Below are positions 49,801 to 60,490 of a stretch of DNA of 64,000 nt, piece by piece. How positions within the stretch are numbered: position 1 is the stretch's first letter; every line of letters starts with the position of its first letter. Where the stretch lies: positions 1-64,000 of the forward strand of contig NIVC01002086.1 in NCBI GenBank assembly GCA_002269645.1, read 5' to 3'. The notes beneath the pieces were generated by a model. It saw nothing but the letters and a program-made list of their open reading frames with translations. It was not told the DNA's origin and searched no databases. The stretch is from Macrostomum lignano (taxonomy: Eukaryota). Made by a program: the position numbers and the translations under genes.

Positions 49801-49926
49801 CGATTGAGCTTTGTCAAAGGCTGGGGCAGAGACTATAATCGGCGGAGCATCAAGGAGACGCCATGTTGGGTTGAAGTTCAACTGCACAAACCTTTGCAGT
49901 TGTTGGACGAAGTGCTGTACGGATAA
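40806..49926 (+). CDS. SMAD4: SMAD4/Medea co-Smad, about 501 aa, 4 exons
   Basis: Exons 40806-41174, 42297-42872, 45676-45963, 49654-49926, all phase 0 and GT-AG. MH1 motifs: [67 protein letters not shown]2 motifs: [53 protein letters not shown]. There is no C-terminal SSxS, which supports a co-Smad rather than an R-Smad. Confidence 0.95.
41290..42190. repeat. 23-bp minisatellite (GAGAGAGGCGATTCTCATGATTT) in three blocks of alternating orientation, SMAD4 intron 1
   Basis: Blocks at about 41290-41520 (reverse), 41590-42030 (forward) and 42070-42190 (reverse). Confidence 0.9.
42885..44250. repeat. 22-bp minisatellite (GTCTATCTGCCAGCCTGTCTGT), SMAD4 intron 2
   Basis: Period of 22 with 20-bp variants. 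It begins just after the exon 2 donor and produces the [10 protein letters not shown] ORFs. Confidence 0.95.
44925..45375. repeat. AGAC/TCTAGA-rich simple repeat
   Basis: Seen directly; related to the reverse complement of the 22-bp array. Confidence 0.85.
46060..46865. repeat. Two ACTTCCGGTCAT-core minisatellite blocks (46060-46270 and 46640-46865), each followed by a shared 70-bp segment
   Basis: 21-bp unit in the first block. TGTCCTTGATCTGACACTG...CAGTGTTTCGTACGGGGAC occurs at both 46388 and 46934. Confidence 0.8.
47132..47574. mobile_element. TIR MITE, copy 1 (empty allele), in SMAD4 intron 3
   Basis: Homologous along its length to 48333-48611 plus 49371-49552. Diverged TIRs and a diverged 8-bp flank repeat (GGTTATAA / GCTTATAG). 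Confidence 0.7.
47870..48330 (-). mobile_element. 3' fragment of a LINE (C-terminal CCHC zinc-knuckle region) in SMAD4 intron 3
   Basis: [15 protein letters not shown]...[14 protein letters not shown] followed, after a frameshift, by [13 protein letters not shown], typical of the LINE ORF2 C-terminus. Confidence 0.8.
48333..49552. mobile_element. TIR MITE, copy 2, 8-bp TSD, carrying a 759-bp nested insertion
   Basis: TIR CAGATACTAGAATTACTAGATGGGCCACTCAG / CTGAGTGGCCCATCTAGTTATTCTAGTATCTG. TSD ATTTTACC at 48325-48332 and 49553-49560. Confidence 0.8.
48612..49370. mobile_element. 759-bp GC-rich insertion of unknown class with 13-bp TSD and a 175-aa plus-strand ORF
   Basis: GTGGTGCCGGGTT is duplicated at 48599-48611 and 49371-49383. 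The segment is absent from the sister MITE copy at about 47400. Confidence 0.7.
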
Positions 49927-50202
49927 TGGTCACAATCATTACTTCGAACCGCTACCACCAATTGAAACAATTTTATTTTTTTAACTGGTTTATGTTGTTC
50001 TTTTTTAGTTTTTCGAATTTGTTGAAGCGTTTATATATGCGCTATTATGTTACTGTCTATTCAGTAGTATTGCTTCTCAGCAGGTTAGATAGTTGTTAAG
50101 TTCTGAGCTAGCGGAAGTGTGAGCTAATCCAAGATGAAGCTCAATTAATCCATTTAAAACTCCTCAATTGCCACAAAATTGCCTTACTTGCTACTTAATA
50201 TA

Positions 50203-50420
50203 GGGAGTTTTAGCCTACTGGTTAGAGCGTCTGACTCACCACTGAAGCTCTGCATTGCTTCAGTTCACCCAGCTGTAAAATGGGTGCCAGTATTAGCTGG
50301 GGTAATTGAGGGTGTGTGTGGCGACTCCTAAGTCCTTGGACTGAACAGCCGCACGCAGCCTTCAGATGCGCCGCGCAATAGCTGCGGCAGAGCTGTCGGT
50401 TGCACATCTACCTATTGGGA
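50203..50420 (+). mobile_element. tRNA-headed SINE relic with a CORE/V-type conserved central domain
   Basis: A-box-like TAGCCTACTGGTTAGAGCG, followed by CTCTGCATTGCTTCAGTTCACCCAGCTGTAAAATGGGTGCC. The B box is missing. Confidence 0.55.
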
Positions 50421-51294
50421 CATGTGTAATTATTATTACTAATATTGAGTAGTATATAACAAACAACTTTATAGGTTTCATTATATTGTTCCTAAAAATC
50501 AGATTTATCACAATGTTTGCCTGACTACTACATAGTATCGCTTATACGCTTCCAATTGTCGATCAACTTATTAAAAGTACATTGTCAGGCTACAAAAAAA
50601 TGTGTACTGCGCGCGTAAACAAAGCATTTAGTTATATTTTGTATAATTAAATTGTGAATAGGGCCTCCGAATTAAACGCGTTTTAATTGTTTAAATGCTT
50701 CCTTTAAAAAATCACGAGTTTTAATCGCGCTTCTTTCATTTTTTGCCTACTCGCCACATTTAAGTTGATGTTTCCTACAGATTACTGTAAGTAGAGTTAG
50801 TAGCAGCTTGTTAATTTTTATTTTTGTTTAGCGTCACAACATTAGACTATACTTGGTACATCTGTTTTTTATCCGGCCAAATTGTTGTAGTAAAATTTCA
50901 TTTAATATTAAACTGCTGATTGCAAAATCTTGTGGATTCTTGATATCATCATGCAATTTACTGAATGCGTAGCTGTCTTGTAGTAATTTGTTAAAATCAC
51001 AGATACCAGCATAAGTAGAATGTCACTCGCTTCTATCAGATACTCTTGTTTAGTAGCAAAATGAGCGTTTTTTGCCTTGATATTAGTAAAAAAACAGTAT
51101 CTTATATTTAATAGATATTTAAAGTTTCTGCAACAATCGCCTCTGGCTTTCCACAAGCAGACCCATTAAATTAGCAACTTCATTGTGTGCATAGCGAGCA
51201 CGAGAAAAAAGGGTTGGCGCCCCACCCCACAGCCAGGCCAATAAACAGTTTGGCTTTCCTCCTGCCCGCTGGTGTCTTGCCCGGGGGTTCACAA

Positions 51295-51625
51295 ACTCGA
51301 AATTTCACAACGTCGAAAGCACATTCTTTCACAAGATCGAAACTTCATAAGGTCGAAATTTCACAACATAGAAAACTACTGTACATATTCACTTTAACTC
51401 CAATCGTGGATATCCCTAGAATTGTTTAAATCCCTAGACCTCCAATTCTGCAGTTTCTAACCTAAGGACTCCTAGTTTTCTAACCTAAACGCTCATCGCC
51501 ATAGTTCTTATTATAATAAGTTTTCGACGTTGTGAAATTTCGAGCTTATTAAGTTTCGACCTTGTGAAAGTGGCTGCTATTTAAGTTTTCGATGTTGTGT
51601 TTCTAGGATTTCGACCTTGTGAAAG
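51295..51625. mobile_element. Foldback/MITE-like inverted repeat
   Basis: TTTCACAA..TCGAAA subrepeats at 51295-51385 are mirrored at 51518-51625. Confidence 0.5.
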
Positions 51626-51639
51626 CACCCCTCTTGCCC

Positions 51640-52975
51640 TCCTCTCATTGTGGCCGAGCTACATTGGCCCCCAAGGCTGACTTTCGTCCGTCTGACTTGC
51701 CCCTCTCCTCACTGCTCTCTCATTGGCTGAGCTAGATTGGGCCTTATTACCCCTAGGCATAGTTTCGTCCATCTGACTTGCCCCCTCTCCTCACTGCTCT
51801 CTGATTGGCTTGAGCTAGATTAGGCCTTACCCCCTAGGCATAGCTTCGTCCGTCTGACTTGCCCTCTCTCCTCACTGCTCTCTCATTGGCTGAGCTAGAT
51901 TGGGCCTTATTACCCCTAGGCATAGTTTCGTCCATCTGACTTGCCCCCTCTCCTCACTGCTCTCTGATTGGCTTGAGCTAGATTAGGCCTTACCCCCTAG
52001 GCATAGCTTCGTCCGTCTGACTTGCCCTCTCTCCTCACTGCTCTCTCATTGGCTTGAGCTAGATTGGGCCTTACCCCCTAGGCATAGCTTCGTCCATCTG
52101 ACTTGCCCTCTCTCCTCACTGCTCTCTCATTGGCTTGAGCTAGATTAGGCCTTACCCCCTAGGCATAGCTTCGTCCGTCTGACTTGCCCTCTCTCCTCAC
52201 TGCTCTCTCATTGGCTTGAGCTAGATTGGGCCTTACCCCCTAGGCATAGCTTCGTCCGTCTGACTTGCCCTCTCTCCTCACTGCTCTCTCATTGGCTTGA
52301 GCTAGATTAGGCCTTACCCCCTAGGCATAGCTTCGTCCGTCTGACTTGCCCTCTCTCCTCACTGCTCTCTCATTGGCTTGAGCTAGATTAGGCCTTACCC
52401 CCTAGGCATAGCTTCGTCCGTCTGACTTGCCCTCTCTCCTCACTGCTCTCTCATTGGCTTGAGCTAGATTAGGCCTTACCCCCTAGGCATAGCTTCGTCC
52501 GTCTGACTTGCCCTCTCTCCTCACTGCTCTCTCATTGGCTTGAGCTAGATTAGGCCTTACCCCCTAGGCATAGCTTCGTCCGTCTGACTTGCCCTCTCTC
52601 CTCACTGCTCTCTCATTGGCTTGAGCTAGATTAGGCCTTACCCCCTAGGCATAGCTTCGTCCGTCTGACTTGCCCTCTCTCCTCACTGCTCTCTCATTGG
52701 CTTGAGCTAGATTAGGCCTTACCCCCTAGGCATAGCTTCGTCCGTCTGACTTGCCCTCTCTCCTCACTGCTCTCTCATTGGCTTGAGCTAGATTAGGCCT
52801 TACCCCCTAGGCATAGCTTCGTCCGTCTGACTTGCCCTCTCTCCTCACTGCTCTCTCATTGGCTTGAGCTAGATTAGGCCTTACCCCCTAGGCATAGCTT
52901 CGTCCGTCTGACTTGCCCCCTCTCACTGCTCTCTCATTGGCTGAGCTAGATTGGGCCTTGCCCCTAGGCTGAGTT
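51640..52975. repeat. 81-bp satellite, about 16 copies
   Basis: Period of 81 (52163 to 52244). Central copies are near identical and edge copies are diverged. Confidence 0.95.
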
Positions 52976-53827
52976 TCGTCCATCTCGCGTTTACTTGTGT
53001 ACAGCGTATTAGCAGCTTGCTCATTATTAACCGGATATGCTCTAGGAGGTCAAAAGCCCGAAGAAAGGAAGGGAATTTTAGCTGCCAATTTAAATTAAAT
53101 TTAAGTGCCACTGCGCAGATGAACTACTGAAAAAGCATACATGTACGCTCTACTTTTTCATAACTTTAATTGCGAGAGGCATATCTAGTTACTGTAGTAT
53201 CTGTGGTTAAAATTAAAAAAGCGGGGAAAGGAACTCAGATTGGCCTGAAACCAACAACGGGAAAGATTATTTTCTTAACGCTTTAATTGCTTCGTGCTCC
53301 TACAATCACAAGTTGTAGCTTTTTAGTTGTTAAAATGAAATAATAACGCCACTTATTTTTGGATTTCTGCGTTGTTATACTGCTTTAAGCTTTTTGAACA
53401 ATGATTGTGCTTTGATAATTTAGTTACGGTTACTTTTTTTCATTTGTCTGCTAAACGGATCCTTCAATATTTGACTCTCCTCTCGTACAAGCAAACCGAG
53501 ATTATTAATAGTAAAAAGGACTTTTCAAGGAAATGAATTACTTAAGCTGAAACACTGAACAGTTTTAAATAATCATTTTTTCGCAGGTCCTGTGGGAGTT
53601 TAAACTGACACAATTAAACTAAGTCGAAAATCAAGTATCCCATGCATATAACTGTACAGAGTAATTTATGTAACGTTGGTTAAATTAAAATAAACAAAGA
53701 AACTGCTGCTTTCACTGTTTTTTTACTTTAGCAACAGTATTTTTACTGTTTAACAATAAAATTTAATGAGCTTGATTTTGCACATCCTTGTTAACGATAA
53801 ATTGTTAATTTACAAAAAAACATTAGT

Positions 53828-54106
53828 TCAAGATTTAGAAGCCGTAGAAGCCGGGTCAATCTTTGACTGCACAGGCGGCCCAATGCTACCAATACCAGTC
53901 ACGTGTTGGCTACTTAAAGTAGCGAGCAGGTGTTTGCCTCTTCGCACCTGCTGTTCAATCCGGACAACATCGCTGGCCGGAATGCGGCTGTGCCGGCGGA
54001 ATTCCCGTTTGGCCAAGTCGGCCACTCCCGGCTTCTGGCGGCCGAGCCGGAGAAAGTCTCGATAGAGCTGCAGCACCGTCTGCCTGATCTTGCCGCCTGG
54101 TGGCAT
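53828..54106 (-). CDS. SDHAF1: Succinate dehydrogenase assembly factor 1 (LYR family), 92 aa, single coding exon
   Basis: The sequence from the ATG at 54106 reads MPPGGKIRQTVLQLYRDFLRLGRQKPG...KREFRRH...DVVRIEQQVRRG. It has the LYR motif and the GKPG/EFR/DVxRIE/RRG pattern of SDHAF1. The upstream Met in the ORF track lies in the neighbouring tandem repeat. Confidence 0.85.
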   Translation of the reverse strand: MPPGGKIRQTVLQLYRDFLRLGRQKPGVADLAKREFRRHSRIPASDVVRIEQQVRRGKHLLATLSSQHVTGIGSIGPPVQSKIDPASTASKS

Positions 54107-54237
54107 GAAGCGATCGGTTGATTGACAGGAAAGCCTGGCTGCAATGGGAAAATAACTGTTTAAAGAATTGCTATGGAAACTGTGAAGTACATGTAGCTGG
54201 GAGCCACACTTGAAATAATGTAAATGGAATTTGATTA

Positions 54238-55380
54238 TCAGTGTCATTTGACTGTCAGTGTCATTTGACTGTCAGTGTCATTTGACTGTCAGTGCCAATT
54301 TGACTGTCAGTGTCATTTGACTGTCAGTGCCAATTTGACTGTCAGTGTCATTTGACTGTCAGTGCCAATTTGACTGTCAGTGTCATTTGACTGTCAGTGT
54401 CATTTGACTGCCAGTGTCATTTGACTGTCAGTGACAATTTGACTGTCAGTGTCATTTGACTGTCAGTGCCAATTTGACTGTCAGTGTCATTTGACTGTCA
54501 GTGTCATTTGACTGCCAGTGACAATTGACTGTCAGTGACAATTTGACTGCCAGTGACAATTGACTGTCAGTGACAATTCGACTGTCAGTGACAATTTGAT
54601 TGTCAGTGTCAGTGTCATTTGACTGTCAGTGTCATTTGACTGTTAGTGTCATTTGACTGCCAGTGACAATTGACTGTCAGTGACAATTTGACTGTCAGTG
54701 TCATTCGACTGTCAGTGACAATTTGATTGCCAGTGTCAGTGTCATTTGACTGTCAGTGTCATTTGACTGCCAGTGACAATTGACTGTCAGTGACAATTTG
54801 ACTGTCAGTGACAATTTGATTGTCAGTGTCAGTGTCATTTGACTGTCAGTGCCAATTTGACTGTCAGTGTCATTTGACTGTCAGTGACAATTTGATTGCC
54901 AGTGTCAGTGTCATTTGACTGTCAGTGTCATTTGACTGCCAGTGACAATTGACTGTCAGTGACAATTTGACTGTCAGTGACAATTTGATTGTCAGTGTCA
55001 GTGTCATTTGACTGTCAGTGCCAATTTGACTGTCAGTGTCATTTGACTGTCAGTGACAATTTGATTGTCAGTGTCAGTGTCATTTGACTGTCAGTGTCAT
55101 TTGACTGCCAGTGACAATTGACTGTCAGTGACAATTTGATTGTCAGTGTCAGTGTCATTTGACTGTCAGTGTCATTTGACTGCCAGTGACAATTGACTGT
55201 CAGTGACAATTTGACTGTCAGTGACAATTTGATTGTCAGTGTTAGTGTCATTTGACTGTCAGTGTCATTTGACTGCCAGTGACAATTGACTGTCAGTGTC
55301 ATTTGACTGCCAGTGACAATTGACTGTCAGTGTCATTTGACTGCCAGTGACAATTGATAGTCAGTGAGAATTTAACTGCC
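54238..55380. repeat. 17-bp minisatellite (GTGTCATTTGACTGTCA)
   Basis: Period of 17, immediately upstream of SDHAF1. Confidence 0.95.
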
Positions 55381-56394
55381 AATCCAGCCATAACCCTTAA
55401 TAAAATATAATTCTATTAACATTAATATAACCCAACCGAATCCCAAACTCATACCTAACCTTATAACTCTACCATATCCATATGGTAGAGACAATAGACA
55501 GCAATCTAAATAGACAGCAATCTATTTATGGCAGTCAAGTTGCAAATTAATTTGAATAATAAATATTTTATATTTTGACAAAAAATTGCCAAATTGTCAA
55601 TCCTGTATTTGCATTTTAATTTTACAAGTTCATGCAAATAAACATCAGATACTATTTATTATAAGTTAGCATTAAAGGCGTGTATTATTTTAGCTAAATG
55701 ATTTTCGTTAAAGTATAGTCAGCAAAAGTATTAAAAAATTATGAACAAATAAAGTGAAAGACGCTTAACTATAATTAGTGTATGTACGTGTAAGAGTATT
55801 AATTTCATGTACACGTAATATTAGATTTGCATCAGGTATAAATTTAGAGCAATTTCGGTCTTAACAGTTGTTTTAATGAGAAGTGCAAACATAACTGACT
55901 GAATTTTTTGCTGAAGAATGAATGCTAAAGTTTGTTGTTCAATGGCTATAGGAGAGTAAGAAAGTACAAACCCGGAAATTCCGGAGACGTTATATTTTAA
56001 CAAATTTCAAGATATCAAATGTAGAAACTATATTTGGTTGTTATTTAGTTATCGCTTTTTGCAGACCATTTTAGCTCACAACCATTGAATTTTAATCCAA
56101 AATATGTTTGCATAAGTAATGGAGATTGTGTCCATATGCAACAAATGAAGTTTAAAATGAATTGCATTGCTTTTTTCCTCACTGCTTGTGCCATGTCTAA
56201 ATGAGAATCTGGGGGTGAAACTTATTGCTTATTGCTCCATTGCTTTGACTAACATACCTTGGATTGAATTCAAAGCGTGTAAATAATGGACTAGAAAACG
56301 GGTTGCAAAAATAATAGGCATATAATTAACTTACGACGAATAATAGAACAGGAAAGGTTGGCAGTGGATAAAAATATAGCATTTTCCAAACCAA

Positions 56395-56940
56395 CTGAGC
56401 AAGCAATTTAATCCTTATTGGGAGAATCAAGCTATTGAAGACTTGTTTTTCATTGTCTATGGTCCAAAAGGGGGTCTATGGGACAACAAATTTGAGAATC
56501 TGGGTGCGCAATTAATCCCTTTCACAATGCTCGTAAATCATTCACGAATAAACTTCACTGAAATAACGTCAGCAACTAGATGGCACATCAAAAACGATTG
56601 ACATTAACACTTTGATTTCAGAGACGCCACAGGCACAGATTTTGGCGCCGCAGGCACTCAATTGCCTCATGGTTTTTGGTACCCGCCGCCCCGAATCTCA
56701 CCCCCCCCCGCTGGCTACGCCACTGGTGCTCGTTAAATTCCTTGTCTGCCATATCTATCTTTGTCTAATGAAATCTGTTATTTTCTATGGTCTGAGGCTT
56801 GCACAACTGTGGAAAGGGTTAATAGCGCGCCCAAATTCTCAAATTGGTTGCTCCATAGACCCCCCTTTCGGGTCACAGACAATGAAAAGCAAGTCTTCAA
56901 TAGCTTGATTCTCCCAATAAGGATTAAATTGCTTGCTCCT
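56395..56940. mobile_element. Foldback element with arms of about 130 bp and a MITE fragment in the spacer
   Basis: 56395-56525 is the reverse complement of about 56810-56940. The spacer holds GCCGCAGGCACTCA (as in the 28332 MITE) and a CTGGCTACGCCACTG terminus. Confidence 0.55.
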
Positions 56941-57146
56941 AGGCTTAATTGGCTTGAAAAATGCTATATTAATTTATTAATCACAGTTTTTCACATGCTT
57001 GGCACTTAATCTGGGTGTGTGTAATAATTTGGCTGCTTTGATGGCACTAAAACATGCTCAACTACGTTTTTAGACCGAAACTGACCTCCTAGTTGACAGT
57101 GAGTATACAGTAAGAAATTCTTCTATATTTCGCACACGAAATGCTG

Positions 57147-59495
57147 CTACAGGTCAGAAGTCAAATTATCTGAGCTGTCAGTTAAAATATGCATCAAATC
57201 GGTCCGGCCGATGTGTCTCAGAGCAGTTTGGATTGCCAGCCGCAAGCTGCCTGGATGGCCAGCAGTCTCGCCAGACCTACTGCAGCTTGAATCGGCAGCC
57301 AGTAGACTCAGACACAGTAGGACAGGCTCAGCTGACTGTTGCAAAAAGCCTCTGGTACCTGACAGTGTCGGGCAGCCGGCCAGCAGGGCATCAATAAATC
57401 TGCTGGAATCGTCAACGCTTCCAGAACTCCTCAGCCCGTCTGCGAGTTGCCGCCGAGCCAGATTGGATAATTGAAAATTTTGCTCACTATTTTTCTTATC
57501 AACAAAGCCAAGTCGTTCAACTTGGCTAATAGCGGCATCAACTTGCAACTTCGATTGGTCTTCTGCTTTCGCTTCTTCCTCGGACTCGTCAGCTTCATTG
57601 TCCGGCTCTTCATCGTTGTCGTCTTCAGAATCGCAGAATGCCGAATCGGGAAATTCCGCAACCAACTGATTGAGCAAAGACTTTGCTGCCGAATTGCCTG
57701 CAACACTCGACAAAGCTGTTCGTGGGTTGGCACTGACACTCTCAACCAGCCAGCGACAGACGCCAAGTTTCTGGGTTGGAGAGGCGAACTCTGCAACAGC
57801 GGCCAAGCACAGCGGCGTGTGTCCGGTTGGCCAGGGCTGATCGAAATTAATAACTAATTGAGCTGTTGAAGCAAATTCTGCAACAACTTGAAGCAGGTCA
57901 AGCCGGCAAGACTTGGCCATGTAGTGAATCGGAGTTAGACTCTCAACACTGTCCGGCACGCTGAATGCTGAAGCTGCAGCCGTCAGCGCTAGCGAGGGGC
58001 ATTGCGCCGCTGATCCAAATTTGGTAAGCAGGCAGCGAAGGATGACGCGAAGTGAGTTGCACCGGCCATCAGCGGCGCAGTGATGAAGAACGTTGCGACC
58101 TTCAGTATCGTAGCAGGTGTGCACCTAGCCGGATCCGTTTGGGGATGGATGGAAGTCAGGTCAGGTTGTTGCAACAATGGTGCAATCACGTGAGTCAGTG
58201 TGTTGCAGCAATGGTGCAATCACGTGAGTCAGTGTGTTGCAGCAATGGTGCAATCACGTGAGTCAGTGTGTTGCAGCAATGGTGCAATCACGTGAGTCAG
58301 TGTGTTGCAGCAATGGTGCAATCACGTGAGTCAGTGTGCTGCATAAATGAATGCAATCAAGTGAGTCAGTGTGTTGCAGCAATGAATGCAATCAAGTGAG
58401 TCAGTGTGTTGCAGCAATGATGCAATCAAGTGAGTCAGTGTGTTGCATAAATGAATGCAATCAAGTGAGTCAGTGTGTTGCAACAATGGTGCAATCAAGT
58501 GAGTCAGTGTGTTGCAGCAATGGTGCAATCAAGTGAGTCAGTGTGTTGCATAAATGAATGCAATCAAGTGAGTCAGTGTGTTGCAACAATGGTGCAATCA
58601 AGTGAGTCAGTGTGTTGCAACAATAGTGCAATCAAGTGAGTCAGTGTTGCAGCAATGGTGAAATCAAGTGAGTCAGTGTGTTGCATAAATGAATGCAATC
58701 AAGTGAGTCAGTGTGTTGCAACAATGGTGCAATCAAGTGAGTCAGTGTGTTGCATAAATGAATGCAATCAAGTGAGTCAGTGTGTTGCAGCAATGGTGCA
58801 ATCAAGTGAGTCAGTGTGTTGCATAAATGAATGCAATCAAGTAAGTCAGTGTGTTGCAACAATAGTGCAATCAAGTGAGTCAGTGTGTTGCAACAATAGT
58901 GCAATCAAGTGAGTCAGTGTTGCAACAATAGTGCAATCAAGTGAGTCAGAATTAACAAATTACGTTAAACGGCTTATTGAGCTCAGGATATCAGGTAAAC
59001 AAACCTGCTCAGGCCACTCGTCAAGAAGTCTTTCAATAAGCGGACCGCCTTCAGCTTCCGTATCCAAATCGATGGCAAACATGAGCAATGTGTGGCCAGA
59101 CGAATTTCTATGACGCAGCACAGTTTGAGCAATTCCATGCCTAAATTATGCAGGGTAAAATGAGTAAGACAGAAAATGAGAATGACTAATTATGTAAATA
59201 GGAGATGTATATTGACAGAGGCGTCTCACCGCTCAGCAATGCTGATCATGTGCCAGCAAGTATCGATTCGCTTCTTCAGCAAGGCGTAGCCAAGCGCACT
59301 CTCGCGGTATGTCCGATTATCGACTGCGGTTAGCAGCTCCGGACACGAGTCCAACAGACTCAACAAGCTGTCCCTAGCCGAACCGGTGCTAGCATACCGG
59401 TTGAGGCACCGGTTCACCAGGTCCGGATAAGCTAGCAGGGCCTTTTGCGAAGCTGACGGTAGACTGCAGAAAGTGCGCACTTCGTCAGAGGCCAT
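57147..59495 (-). CDS. Ankyrin-repeat protein with acidic tract and C-terminal death-domain-like region, about 459 aa, 3 exons
   Basis: Exons 59495-59230, 59140-59005 and 58124-57147 join in phase through GT-AG sites. Ankyrin-like segments: RESALGYAL, SGHTLLMFAI, EGRNVLHHCA, SLTPIHYMA, TGHTPLCLAA. Acidic run DSEDDNDEEPDNEADESEEE. The C-terminal LRLAIQTALRHIGRTDLMHIL resembles death-domain helices 5-6. Confidence 0.8.
58168..58948. repeat. 34-bp minisatellite filling intron 2 of the ANK gene
   Basis: Unit CAATGGTGCAATCA(C/A)GTGAGTCAGTGTGTTGCA(G/A), about 23 copies. Confidence 0.95.
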
Positions 59496-60149
59496 TTGAC
59501 GAAGACCACACTGCAGGCAATAAGAAATTTTATAATAATAAGTTTAAGACTATTAAAACTTTTATTGTCGCTAAGCTGCTGCGTAAACTATGTAATCGCA
59601 ATGGTTGTAGCAGTGGCTGAAAGAGCATTTTTCGCTTATATATATATAACTATCCGTATAACTATTACTTGTACATAGCGAAAAATGCTTTTGATGTCGA
59701 CTAATATATTGATATTTCTAAGAATCTTGCTCAAACTCAAATCATGTAAGGGCATAGGAACTTATAGGGCTAGACGGCTAGTTCATGTCTCTTAACGTCT
59801 ATCTACAGCTAAGGGCATCCTAATTCAGTCTTTACAAAAAATCTTTGCCTCTTTTATCTGAAGCGCGTTGATTGGCTAAGAGAGAGAGAAATTGCAAGGT
59901 CGGATTTTCCAAGTAAAATCCGAGGCCCAAAACCCTAGGCGCATACAAGCGTAGGACACACAAATAGAGTACACCCCGAGCAGAGTCATAGCGTACCTTA
60001 GCCTATACCTAGCAATTGCAGCAGATTTCAACAACACATTTTACACACACAAACACGCGCACACAAATTGGCTAATACAGACTACTATACACTGGATTTA
60101 AAGACTAATCGCTGTAATTAATTAATTAATTAATGCTCTGATGCAAGAA

Positions 60150-60490
60150 CTACTCAAGTAGGACAGGAAGCTACATTTCTAGGAAATTTTTAGGTAGGCA
60201 GGTTTTACTTTCACCGAAAATATCGATTTTTTAAACACCAAAACTGTTATTGCTATTGACAGGAGAGACCCAGTGTTCATCTTTTGATTATGTCTCTAAA
60301 ATCAATTAGTCGAGCCGTGCCATTGCCAGATGACACATTGGGTCTGTCCTCTATCAAAATCAATAGCAGTGTTTTGTGCTGAAAAAATGAAAACCTCTCA
60401 TCTCTTGTAATGTATTTTTTTCGGTAAAACCTGCCTTCTAAAATTTCCCAAGAAATTTAGTTTCTCGTCCTTTTTGAGTAGTCCTTGAGC
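60150..60490. mobile_element. Palindromic MITE between MRPL15 and the ANK gene
   Basis: ACTACTCAA..GGAC..AGGCAGGTTTTAC is mirrored by GTAAAACCTGCC..GTCC..TTGAGTAGT, with a second internal inverted pair. Confidence 0.55.

Noticed and set aside
51640-52975. Possible CRISPR array or hammerhead-ribozyme satellite
   Set aside because: Eukaryotic context, no unique spacers, and no CUGAUGA/GAAA core in the unit.
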